Source: Phormidiaceae cyanobacterium CTOTU46630
GTDB taxonomy: Bacteria > Cyanobacteriota > Cyanobacteriia > Cyanobacteriales > Aerosakkonemataceae
NCBI GenBank assembly: GCA_031969635.1
Contig: DALYJW010000078.1
Coordinates: forward strand, 1-18,236
Reading direction: 5' to 3'
DNA length: 18,236 bases
Shown piece after piece: positions 7,479 through 15,951 of this stretch. How positions within the stretch are numbered: position 1 is the first letter of the stretch; each line of letters opens with the position of its first letter. Under the pieces are notes generated by a model. The model was not told where the DNA came from. It worked only from the letters and a program-made list of their open reading frames with translations, and ran no database searches. Both the position numbers and the translations under genes were made by a program.

Positions 7479-10460
7479 TTGCCCATCTTTATCAATGGCG
7501 TTGAAGCTCATGTTGCTGTACGAGATTGGATGACAAGTTCCCACGAACAAGCGATAATTAAATTAGCAAAAGGGGAAACCAGCAAACCTCAGATGCCATT
7601 AGGCGTTGATCAAGAAGCTGGTCGCCAAATAGAGGTGTCGAAACGGATTAGCTCCCCTTTTGCTACCCTCTCCAAAGAAGCCGTAGAAGTAGATGCAATT
7701 GTCTCTACCATTGGTTTCCCGTTAGTAGGTGGCCCTGCTGGTTCAATGGAAGCCGGGCGCCAAACAGAAATAGCTGTTAAAATTTTAACTGCCAAAAATA
7801 TACCTTACATCGTTGCCGCACCCTTGCTAATTCAAGATATCCATTCTTGGACGCGCCAAGGTATTGGGGGATTGCAAAGTGTCGTATTATATGCCTTGCC
7901 AGAATTAGATGGAGCCATTGATACAATACCTTTAGGCGGTTTAGTAGGAGAAGATATTTATCTGATTCCCGAACGAGTCAAGCGTTTAACTGGCAGATTG
8001 AAAAATTGGATTGAATTAAGACAAAAACCTGCCTCTGAACGCAAAGTTGCCATTCTTCTCTACGGCTTCCCGCCTGGATATGGTGCAACGGGAACGGCTG
8101 CATTATTAAACGTCCCCCGCAGTTTGCTTAAATTACTCCAAGCACTCAAAGAACAAGGTTACACAATCGGCGAATTACCCGAAGATGGAGAAGAATTAAT
8201 CCGCCGCGTTAAACAAGCAGATGAACCTCAAATTCGTAGCCAAGAAGAACCAGTTATTGACTCGATACTTGATGGAAACGAATACAACACCGTCAACGCC
8301 AAAACTCTAGATAAATGGCTGGGATACCTACTAACAACCCGCATCGAAAAGCAGTGGAAATCTCTCACCAGCAGCGGCATCAAAACCTATGGAGATGAAT
8401 ATCATATCGGCGGTATTGAGTTAGGAAATATTTGGATCGGCGTGCAACCACCATTGGGAATTGCAGGCGATCCGATGCGGCTAATGTTTGAACGGGATAT
8501 GACGCCTCATCCTCAATATGCTGCTTTTTATAAATGGTTGCAAAATGAGTTTCAAGCCGATGCTGCGATCCACTTTGGAATGCACGGTACGGTTGAATGG
8601 TTGCCCGGATCTCCGTTAGGAAATACAGGTTATTCTTGGCCTGATATTTTATTGGGAGATATTCCCAATTTGTATATCTATGCGGCAAATAATCCGTCTG
8701 AATCTATCTTGGCGAAGCGTCGCGGTTATGGGGTGCTGATTTCTCACAACGTGCCGCCTTATGGGAGGGCGGGGTTGTATAAGGAATTGGTGGCGCTGCG
8801 AGATTTAATCTCAGAATATCGAGAAGATCCGCAAAAGAATTATGCGCTTAAGGAGGCGATTTGTAAGAAGATTGTCGATACTGGATTGGATGCCGATTGT
8901 GCGTTTGAGGATGCTAAAAAGTTGGGGATTTCTTTTACGCCGGAGAATGTCCGGATGTTCAGCGCCCATGCATTTAATGATTATTTAGTCAAGTTGTACG
9001 AGTATTTGCAAGTGTTGGAAACTCGTCTGTTTTCTTCGGGGTTGCATACGCTGGGTGAACCTCCGACGGATGAGGAGTTGGCATCGTATTTTGATGCTTA
9101 TTTTGGAGAGGAAGATAACGAACCGCCAAGACGCCAAGAACGCCAAGAAGAGGAGAGAAGGATTGGAGATTTGTTGGGGCAGAATACGGAGGAGTTGAGG
9201 AATTTGTTGCGGGGGTTGAATGGGGAGTATATTCCTCCTGCACCGGGGGGCGATCTGTTAAGAGATGGTGCGGGTGTTTTGCCTACGGGGCGGAATATTC
9301 ATGCTTTAGATCCTTATAGGATGCCTTCTGCTGGTGCTTACGAACGGGGGAGGGAAATTGCCCGGAAAATTATCGATCAACACTTAGAAGAACATGGGGA
9401 ATATCCGGAGACGGTTGCTGTTATGTTGTGGGGGTTGGATGCGATTAAAACTAAGGGTGAATCTTTGGGGATTTTGTTAGAGTTGGTGGGTGCTGAACCC
9501 GTCAAGGAAGGTACGGGGCGGATTGTGCGTTATGAGTTGAAATCTTTGGAGGAAGTTGGGCATCCTCGGATTGATGTATTGGCTAATCTTTCGGGGATTT
9601 TTCGCGATAGTTTTGTCAATATTATTGAGTTGTTAGATGACTTGTTTCAACGGGCGGCGGATGTTGATGAACCGGAGGAGATGAATTTTATCAGGAAACA
9701 TGTTTTGGGGATGCGCGAGCAAAATATCCCCAATCCCACTGCGCGTCTATTCTCGAACCCCGCTGGCGATTTTGGTTCGCTAGTAAATGAGCGAGTGACT
9801 GATGGAAATTGGGACTCTGGAGAAGAGTTGGCGGATACTTGGTCAAGTCGCAATGCTTTCAGTTACGGCAGAAATGATAAAGGTCAATCTCGCAAGGCAG
9901 TTTTAAACCAACTGTTGCAAACTACTCGCCGCGTGGTGCAAGAAATTGATTCGGTTGAATATGGTTTAACCGATATTCAAGAATATTATGCCAATACGGG
10001 TGGTTTGAAAAAGGCGGCGGAGAAACAACAAGGTAAGAAAGTTAATGCTAGTTTTGTCGAAAGTTTCTCGAAAGATACAACGCCGCGCAATTTAGAAGAT
10101 TTGCTGAGGATGGAATATCGCACGAAGCTATTAAATCCTAAATGGGCAGATGCAATGGCAAATCAAGGTAGCGGCGGCGCGTATGAAATTTCGCAGCGAA
10201 TGACGGCATTAATTGGTTGGGGCGGTACGGCTGATTTTACTGATAATTGGGTTTACGATCAGGCGGCGGATACTTATGCTTTGGATGCAGAAATGGCGAA
10301 GAAATTGCGAGAGGCAAATCCGGAAGCTTTTCGCAATATTATCGGCAGAATGTTAGAAGCGCATGGACGGGGTTTCTGGGAAGCCGATCCGGAGAAGTTA
10401 CAGAAGTTGCGCGAATTGTATGAGTTGACAGATGAAGAATTAGAAGGCGTGACAGTTTGA
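7479..10460 (+). CDS. Mg-chelatase H subunit / CobN-family chelatase paralog, main segment. The open frame actually extends back to 7308
   Basis: Collinear with ChlH. Motifs: VDAIVSTIGFPLVGGPAG, ALPELDGAIDTIPLGG, FPPGYGATGTAALLNVP, GVQPPLGIAGDPMRLMF, HFGMHGTVEWLPGS, YIYAANNPSESILAKRRGY, LPTGRNIHALDP, ETVAVMLWGLDAIKTKGESLG, GHPRIDVLANLSGIFRD. The C-terminus DNWVYDQAAD...EAHGRGFWEADPEKLQKLRELYE is also collinear. The annotated start is a TTG. Confidence 0.85.
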   Translation: MPIFINGVEAHVAVRDWMTSSHEQAIIKLAKGETSKPQMPLGVDQEAGRQIEVSKRISSPFATLSKEAVEVDAIVSTIGFPLVGGPAGSMEAGRQTEIAVKILTAKNIPYIVAAPLLIQDIHSWTRQGIGGLQSVVLYALPELDGAIDTIPLGGLVGEDIYLIPERVKRLTGRLKNWIELRQKPASERKVAILLYGFPPGYGATGTAALLNVPRSLLKLLQALKEQGYTIGELPEDGEELIRRVKQADEPQIRSQEEPVIDSILDGNEYNTVNAKTLDKWLGYLLTTRIEKQWKSLTSSGIKTYGDEYHIGGIELGNIWIGVQPPLGIAGDPMRLMFERDMTPHPQYAAFYKWLQNEFQADAAIHFGMHGTVEWLPGSPLGNTGYSWPDILLGDIPNLYIYAANNPSESILAKRRGYGVLISHNVPPYGRAGLYKELVALRDLISEYREDPQKNYALKEAICKKIVDTGLDADCAFEDAKKLGISFTPENVRMFSAHAFNDYLVKLYEYLQVLETRLFSSGLHTLGEPPTDEELASYFDAYFGEEDNEPPRRQERQEEERRIGDLLGQNTEELRNLLRGLNGEYIPPAPGGDLLRDGAGVLPTGRNIHALDPYRMPSAGAYERGREIARKIIDQHLEEHGEYPETVAVMLWGLDAIKTKGESLGILLELVGAEPVKEGTGRIVRYELKSLEEVGHPRIDVLANLSGIFRDSFVNIIELLDDLFQRAADVDEPEEMNFIRKHVLGMREQNIPNPTARLFSNPAGDFGSLVNERVTDGNWDSGEELADTWSSRNAFSYGRNDKGQSRKAVLNQLLQTTRRVVQEIDSVEYGLTDIQEYYANTGGLKKAAEKQQGKKVNASFVESFSKDTTPRNLEDLLRMEYRTKLLNPKWADAMANQGSGGAYEISQRMTALIGWGGTADFTDNWVYDQAADTYALDAEMAKKLREANPEAFRNIIGRMLEAHGRGFWEADPEKLQKLRELYELTDEELEGVTV

Positions 10461-10465
10461 TGGGT

Positions 10466-10495
10466 AGGGTGCGTTAGCGCTAGCGTAACGCACCA
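10466..10495. terminator. Hairpin between convergent genes, possibly a bidirectional terminator
   Basis: ggtgcgtta-gcgctagcg-taacgcacc forms a 9-bp perfect stem. It lies in the 49-bp gap between the chelatase stop (10460) and the CHAT gene stop (10510). Confidence 0.5.
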
Positions 10496-10509
10496 CCTCA
10501 CTATTTATC

Positions 10510-13392
10510 TTACGCCAAACCCTGCGATACAAAACCCGACCAATAATAAGGACTGACAAACGGCAATCTTTCTCGACAAAGCAAATCTAATCGCACTCGC
10601 ACATTTTTGATAATTTCTACTTTATTTTCTCCCCATTGTTGCTGCTCAAAGTAATCTTCTAATTGCCGTTTATAGATATCAGATAATTCATCGCCTGTCA
10701 AGTTACGCAGCTTAAATTGTGCTTGTCGGATCGCTTCGGAACGGCTCTTGTCCTGCTTTTCCTGATAGTATAAAATGCAAAATAAAGCGGTTGCTAAATC
10801 GTCCACTGCCCACAAGGTACTGACCGCATTTCTCGCACCAGCACAGAGGAAACCGCTAGCAATACTAAGCGGATCGTCGGTTATTTGGGTGAGGGTTAAA
10901 TTGGTTTCGCAGCAGGAGAGGAAGACTTCGGCTAGGTGCGAAAATCTCCAGGTGAAAATGCGACCGAGGTTGATTTCGCCGTCGAATAATAGCAGTTTTG
11001 ATTCGAGGGAATTATCGAGTTGGGAACTGGCGTGATGGCTGGAATGGAGGATTTGCACTCGATCGAGTAAGTTTTGATAGTTAGCGATCGTTGCTTGCTG
11101 GTATTGGAGGCGACTATCTGGGTTAACTTTGTGCATTGTTGCCAGGGTTTCGCACTCGTAGCCAGTGAAAACGAGGTCGCCTGTGGCATTTTCCACGATT
11201 CCCATTGTGGCAGGTTTGAGGTCACCTCGCTGGTGGCAAAAGTTGAGTATTTGGCAACTGGGAACGATGCGAATGCGGAATTTATCGCTGAGGTATTCGG
11301 GTTGTAGGGGTGGGGTTTTGTCAGGGGTGTTTGAGGGTTGGCTGCGACGTTTTGGCCCACGTATTTTTTCGGAAGCTATATCGCTGTGGGGAATGGGAAT
11401 GTTGTTTAAAGGTAAGGCAGCAAAGGGGATTTGATGCAGGTACAGATGAGGGATAATAATTAGTTCTTTTATGCCTTTGAGATGTTCGTCAAGTAGTCGA
11501 TGAATTTGCAGGCGGTTTGCGAGTTCGGAGAGAAATTTACCCAATTGATTTCGCCATGCGGTTGGGTTTTCTTTATAAGGTTTTAACCAGTTGTCGAATA
11601 GCCACTTTTGCAAAGTTTCAAGCCCTTGACCTTCGCAGGTGTGGAGTTGGGTTGGTTGATTTTGACGCAAGATGAAAATGTGCGTATGTTCGCCAGTGGT
11701 GTACAAATTGAGGATGGCGGTTTCGGCATCGGGAATTAAGGCTTGCATATCCTTGACATAGAGGAGTTCTGGTTGCAATTGACCTGCCAAAACTTCGTCT
11801 TTACTGCGAATTTTCAGCCAAGCTTTCTTTTTTTCCTCTTCTAATTCTTGAATCTTTTCGATGATAGCGTCGCCGTTTGGGGTTGGTTGCAGAGTGGTGG
11901 CGAGTGCTTTCATTCCATTATTGTCAGAAAAACGCAAACGGTTGCTTTGTTCTTGCAGGCGATAGTATTCTTCCACTTCCGGGGGAATTTCGCCTTGGGG
12001 GTAGAGGTCTTTGCTGGCGAATAAGTCTGCGAGGTGGCGAGAACGGGAACGGTCTGCGGTTTCGACGGCTTCATCGTATTGTTTGAGGTTGATGTAGCAT
12101 TGGACGGCGTTGGCGTAAACGGAGAAAGCTTCTGCGATGATTTCTTGGCGGCGTTTGTCGGTGGTTGAACCTTTACGGAGTTGTTCGACTGCTTGCATGG
12201 CGGGTTCGTATCCTTCTAAGGCGAGTTGCCAGTTGCCTTGCGTGAAGCCAATATCGCCAAGATTGCGACCTGCTGTGAAGCATAGGGAAGGCATGGATTC
12301 TGATTTAGCAATTTTTAGACATTGTTGGAATTTTCCTATCGCTAGCTCTGCTTGCTGTAATTGGAGATAATTGTTACCAATGTTATTAAGGCAGTTCGCT
12401 TCCCCACGACGATCTTTGGTTTGTGGTTCCCGACAAATGTCTAATTGCTGTTGGTAAAATTTAATTGCTTGTTTGTAATTTCCTAGAGCGCCGTAGGCGT
12501 TGGCTAAATTCCCCAGTGCATCTGCTTGCCCACGACGGTTTTTGATTTCTTGAAGAATAGTTAAAGACTGTGTGTGCTTAGTGATTGCTTTGTTGTAATC
12601 TCCCAAATAGTTGTAAGCGTTGCCTAAACCTGACAGAGAAGCTGCTTCCCCAAGAGGATGTTTGATTTCCATTTCCCTACAAATGGCTAAAGAATCTTCG
12701 TGGTAAGCGATCGCTTTGTTGTAATCTCCCAAAAACTCGTAAGTGTTGCCTAAATTACTGAGGGCAGCGGCTTCTCCACGGCGGTTCTTAATTTCATGAA
12801 AAATGGTTAAAGACTGTTGGTAGCAGTCTATTGCTTGTTCGTATTTTCCCAAAGACTCATAAGCATTGCCTAAATTTGCGAGCGACGCTGCTTCCTCTTG
12901 TCGATCTTGAATTTCTGGTTCGCGACAAATGGCTAAAGACTGTTGATAGCAGGCGATCGCTTGTTCGTAATTTCCCAAGCAATAAGAAACTATACCTAAG
13001 CTTTTTATTGCAGTCGCTATCTGTTGACGAGCATCAATAGCTCTATAAATGAGAAAACTCTGTGTCCATAACCGTAAACTGATAGTTAACTGGCTGTTAA
13101 ATAATTTATTTCCAAAGTCCAATAAAATATCTGCTGTTGCTTTTCTCACTTCCCTTGGCTGCTGGGAACTTCCGAAAAATTCGCTCAGGTTTAAAGAGAT
13201 ATTGGTTAAAGATTCGGCAATAGTTTGGTTCCCGTTTTCGCTGAAGACTTGAACACCTGAAATCGCTGTTTTCAAAAGCCCTATGTCGAGAAGGTCAGAG
13301 TTAGCTTTTAAAATTTGCATTTCTTTGTCACTGGGACATTCAAGTAGTTGTTGTACAAGTTGCCCATAGGCGGTTATGCGTTGTTTGTCCAT
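10510..13392 (-). CDS. TPR-repeat protein with C-terminal CHAT (caspase HetF-associated with TPRs) protease domain, 960 aa
   Basis: At least 8 TPR units of the form xxxLxNLGNAYxxLGxYxxAIxxxxQSL. The C-terminal CHAT signature is HLAEVFLSCCETNL, GFLCAGARNAVSTLWAVDD and PYYWSGF, which includes a catalytic His/Cys dyad-like context. Confidence 0.9.
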   Translation of the reverse strand: MDKQRITAYGQLVQQLLECPSDKEMQILKANSDLLDIGLLKTAISGVQVFSENGNQTIAESLTNISLNLSEFFGSSQQPREVRKATADILLDFGNKLFNSQLTISLRLWTQSFLIYRAIDARQQIATAIKSLGIVSYCLGNYEQAIACYQQSLAICREPEIQDRQEEAASLANLGNAYESLGKYEQAIDCYQQSLTIFHEIKNRRGEAAALSNLGNTYEFLGDYNKAIAYHEDSLAICREMEIKHPLGEAASLSGLGNAYNYLGDYNKAITKHTQSLTILQEIKNRRGQADALGNLANAYGALGNYKQAIKFYQQQLDICREPQTKDRRGEANCLNNIGNNYLQLQQAELAIGKFQQCLKIAKSESMPSLCFTAGRNLGDIGFTQGNWQLALEGYEPAMQAVEQLRKGSTTDKRRQEIIAEAFSVYANAVQCYINLKQYDEAVETADRSRSRHLADLFASKDLYPQGEIPPEVEEYYRLQEQSNRLRFSDNNGMKALATTLQPTPNGDAIIEKIQELEEEKKKAWLKIRSKDEVLAGQLQPELLYVKDMQALIPDAETAILNLYTTGEHTHIFILRQNQPTQLHTCEGQGLETLQKWLFDNWLKPYKENPTAWRNQLGKFLSELANRLQIHRLLDEHLKGIKELIIIPHLYLHQIPFAALPLNNIPIPHSDIASEKIRGPKRRSQPSNTPDKTPPLQPEYLSDKFRIRIVPSCQILNFCHQRGDLKPATMGIVENATGDLVFTGYECETLATMHKVNPDSRLQYQQATIANYQNLLDRVQILHSSHHASSQLDNSLESKLLLFDGEINLGRIFTWRFSHLAEVFLSCCETNLTLTQITDDPLSIASGFLCAGARNAVSTLWAVDDLATALFCILYYQEKQDKSRSEAIRQAQFKLRNLTGDELSDIYKRQLEDYFEQQQWGENKVEIIKNVRVRLDLLCRERLPFVSPYYWSGFVSQGLA

Positions 13393-13470
13393 TTTAATTT
13401 CCTATGTGTAAGTTAAATTAAGAGATAATGAAGCAGTAGGCTAGAAACCGAGTTTCTAAACTCCAGGTTC

Positions 13471-14397
13471 TCATTTTACCACCTCAAAATTTTGATAAAA
13501 AACTTGCCAACTATCTTGCTGTTCCAATTGTTCAAATAACTCCTTAATCCGTTCAGCATTCCATGTCGGTAGATCTTCTTCTTCGCGGGGAGTCAACCAA
13601 GGTAAACTCAAATGTTTCTCCAACACAATTGCCAAAAATTCCTCTTTGCCCATTTCCTCAAACATAAATGTATCTTCCAAACGATCCTTCTGAGGCAGCA
13701 AAATAGGCGGTTTTTCAATAATAGGATTCACGGCATAAACGAAAGAAGGGCAGAGTAAAATTTTCCCCTGTTGGCTGCGATTAAATAACAGCAATTGATA
13801 ATTCGGATATTCTAAGTCAATCTCCATCAAAAGCGACTCATTTGCCGGAATCGTTGGTTTTATTTCTGGGGCTTTACGAGTTCGCACAGTTGGCGCTTTA
13901 GTTCCTGCGTGTAACGCTAATATTTCCTCTGTTGTTTTAAATTTTAACCAATTGGGAGCAGATTTAGCTTTTTTCTGTAGTATTTCCCAACTATTAGCAT
14001 CAAGCCACCGCAGGTATTTGTGATTCCACAGCCAATTATAAACCTCTTTCCAAGGACTAAATTTTTTGTGCCTCTCTTCATCTTCTTCTCCTTTAAGTGT
14101 CCCCCCTGCTTTAAGATTTAACAATGCCTCAGTATTAACGCCATCCGCTTTCATCTCATCTCCGTAGGCTTTATGAATTACCTCAATTACCTTCCGAATA
14201 GTTTGAGATATTTTTTCTTCGCAATAAACTCCTAAATCATCTTTCATTAGTTTAGCAATTACTTTATGAGTGCTTGCTTTGTTATCCGGGTGATTTTCCG
14301 GGGCGAATCGTCGAAGAAAACAAGCCTTCTCCTCACTCAGGTTTCCAGAAAATAGCTCTTCCACGATTTGGTTTTGAAAATTTTGCTTAATATTCAT
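13471..14397 (-). CDS. Hypothetical protein (308 aa), probably co-transcribed upstream of the TPR-CHAT gene
   Basis: Clean 308-codon ORF on the same strand, with a 78-bp gap to the CHAT start. No recognisable motif. The middle is Lys/Glu-rich and the C-terminal half is hydrophobic and aromatic. Confidence 0.65.
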   Translation of the reverse strand: MNIKQNFQNQIVEELFSGNLSEEKACFLRRFAPENHPDNKASTHKVIAKLMKDDLGVYCEEKISQTIRKVIEVIHKAYGDEMKADGVNTEALLNLKAGGTLKGEEDEERHKKFSPWKEVYNWLWNHKYLRWLDANSWEILQKKAKSAPNWLKFKTTEEILALHAGTKAPTVRTRKAPEIKPTIPANESLLMEIDLEYPNYQLLLFNRSQQGKILLCPSFVYAVNPIIEKPPILLPQKDRLEDTFMFEEMGKEEFLAIVLEKHLSLPWLTPREEEDLPTWNAERIKELFEQLEQQDSWQVFYQNFEVVK

Positions 14398-14475
14398 ACA
14401 TCGACTTCCCTAACTCAACCTTATCAGCTTATCTTAGCAAGCTTGTATCTAGCTGCCAACTCCTTATCGCTAAGT

Positions 14476-14525
14476 CATTATTTAAAATTATTTGCCATTA
14501 TTTAAAATTATTTGCCATTATTTAA
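14476..14525. promoter_or_regulatory. 2.5 tandem copies of the 20-bp AT-rich direct repeat cattatttaaaattatttgc in a divergent promoter region
   Basis: Exact repeats at 14476-14495 and 14496-14515, with a partial third copy. They lie between the divergent starts at 14397 (minus strand) and 14634 (plus strand). Confidence 0.5.
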
Positions 14526-14633
14526 GCCCTCAAAATCATCATTTATTTTCACCAACAATTATCTGACATTAACTAGACATCATTTGGGAGTGGGTGTCAT
14601 GGTAAAGACATCCCAAACACACCTCTAAAAAAT

Positions 14634-15281
14634 ATGCCAACACAAGCGCAAAAAAGATTCAATCCCTACGCCACTGTAACTGGGCTTGCCGAACTTTTGG
14701 CAAACGAAAAAGATTGCCAACATGCTTTATGGCAACGGACTCACTACCAATTTGAAAAGAAACCGAATACCTATAACCCCTCAGAACATGAGGAAATGCT
14801 GATTAAACGAGCAATACAACTGCAAGATGAAGGCTTTATTGTCTATGTTGAAAATCAAAATTATTTCAAATATAGAAGTCAAAATTTTGATATCTGCGTT
14901 GCTGGCAGACCAGACATTATTGCCACCAAAGATAATTGGGCTGTTGTGGAAGATATCAAAACAGGAAAACGCAAAGATTCACATAAAATACAATCGCTTC
15001 TCTATATGTCAATGTTGCCTTTTGCGCCAGAAACTCAACATCTGTTTAAAGGTCATATTCCACACGGGCGCTTAGTTTATCGAGATGGGGTTTTGGATTT
15101 TCCTAATTGGTCTGTTGATCGCGAATTTAGACAGCGGTTACAGCAGCTAATTGCGATGCTTTGCAATTCTCAACCGCCCAAATCAAAACCTAGTAATTGG
15201 GAGTGCCGCTACTGTCCAATTCCTTTTGGATACTGTTCAGCAAAACTAGACAGAAGTACGGAAAATCCGAGATTAACTTAA
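14634..15281 (+). CDS. Cas4-like / RecB-family PD-(D/E)XK nuclease with a 4-Cys Fe-S cluster signature, standalone
   Basis: Motif II/III is GRPDIIA...AVVEDIKTGK (D..E.K). The QhxxY motif is QSLLY. There is an N-terminal Cys (EKDCQH) and a C-terminal CRYCPIPFGYC (C-x2-C-x6-C). The size of 215 aa is typical for Cas4/DUF83. Confidence 0.75.
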   Translation: MPTQAQKRFNPYATVTGLAELLANEKDCQHALWQRTHYQFEKKPNTYNPSEHEEMLIKRAIQLQDEGFIVYVENQNYFKYRSQNFDICVAGRPDIIATKDNWAVVEDIKTGKRKDSHKIQSLLYMSMLPFAPETQHLFKGHIPHGRLVYRDGVLDFPNWSVDREFRQRLQQLIAMLCNSQPPKSKPSNWECRYCPIPFGYCSAKLDRSTENPRLT

Positions 15282-15321
15282 CTCTAAAATCAGAATGGTC
15301 TTCGGTGAAATAATGGAGCGG

Positions 15322-15347
15322 GAATTGCGATCGCTTACCCCAGAGCG
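15322..15347. terminator. HIP1-based hairpin between convergent genes
   Basis: tgcgatcgct-taccccag-agcgatcgc forms a 9-bp stem. A closely related copy (tgcgatcgc-ctcgcctca-gcgatcgca) lies at 17452-17477, just after the RHH gene stop. Confidence 0.45.
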
Positions 15348-15355
15348 ATCGCCCC

Positions 15356-15948
15356 CTACCCCCCATAACACAACTCCCTCAGTCTAGCAGCCGTTCGGGG
15401 AAGTCCTTGATTTATCAGCGTTTCCAGATATTCATCCGAGGTTTTAGGCGGATTTCTTAATCTGCTGCGTTGCCTTTCTGCTGCTTGAAAAACTGCATCG
15501 GAATTAATGTTAAGTATGTCTAGGACAAAAACATCAGGATGTTTTGCCTGAACGTTGTATGGTGCGTTCGCGAAGCGTGCCGGAGGCATATCGCTTCATT
15601 GGGAAAGTCTCTGAGATTGAAAGTAATAATGTACTTAGCAGATGAACGAATGGCTGCTGCAAGGACATGGCGATCGCCAAGATCTGGAAGTTGCAATTGT
15701 GGAATTATTTCTTCATAACCTGTGACTAAAGAACCTTCAACGCTTGCATTCATCAAATTTTTAGTTCTCGTGAGACGTTCTATGGTTAAATCTGAACGAT
15801 TCAGAAGAACATTTCGTATCCATTCCGAGTGAATTTCCTCTGTCCAACGAGCCTCAAACACCTTGGCAAGTGCTAACTCTACCAAGAAATCGCGCAGGGA
15901 TGCTGAATATAAAACATTGGCATCATAAACCACTATTAAATCTGTCAT
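15356..15948 (-). pseudogene. PIN-domain (VapC-like) toxin gene with a frameshift near 15575-15590
   Basis: The N-terminal ORF (15520-15948) reads MTDLIVVYDANVLY...DRHVLAAAIRSSAKYIITFNLRDFPNEA, which is a PIN fold. The C-terminal continuation is in another frame (15356-15589): ...PYNVQAKHPDVFVLDIL...ELCYGG. The two ORFs overlap by 70 nt. The start overlaps the upstream antitoxin stop (ATGA). Confidence 0.75.
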
Positions 15949-15951
15949 GAC

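Noticed and set aside
10775-12370. Several ORFs of 69-142 aa on both strands inside the CHAT gene (10775-11035, 10932-11360, 11074-11307, 11165-11434, 11877-12086, 12137-12370)
   Set aside because: They are fully embedded in a long, motif-rich CDS and their low-complexity translations are typical of out-of-frame readings.
10510-13392. TPR-CHAT as a type III-E Craspase (Csx29) component
   Set aside because: There is no gRAMP/Cas7-11, Csx30/31, cas1 or CRISPR array anywhere in the window. TPR-CHAT proteins are very abundant outside CRISPR loci in cyanobacteria.
15356-15589. Treating 15356-15589 (77 aa) as an independent small gene
   Set aside because: Its product aligns with the C-terminal part of the PIN-toxin family and overlaps the toxin N-terminal ORF by 70 nt, so it is the downstream half of a frameshifted gene.
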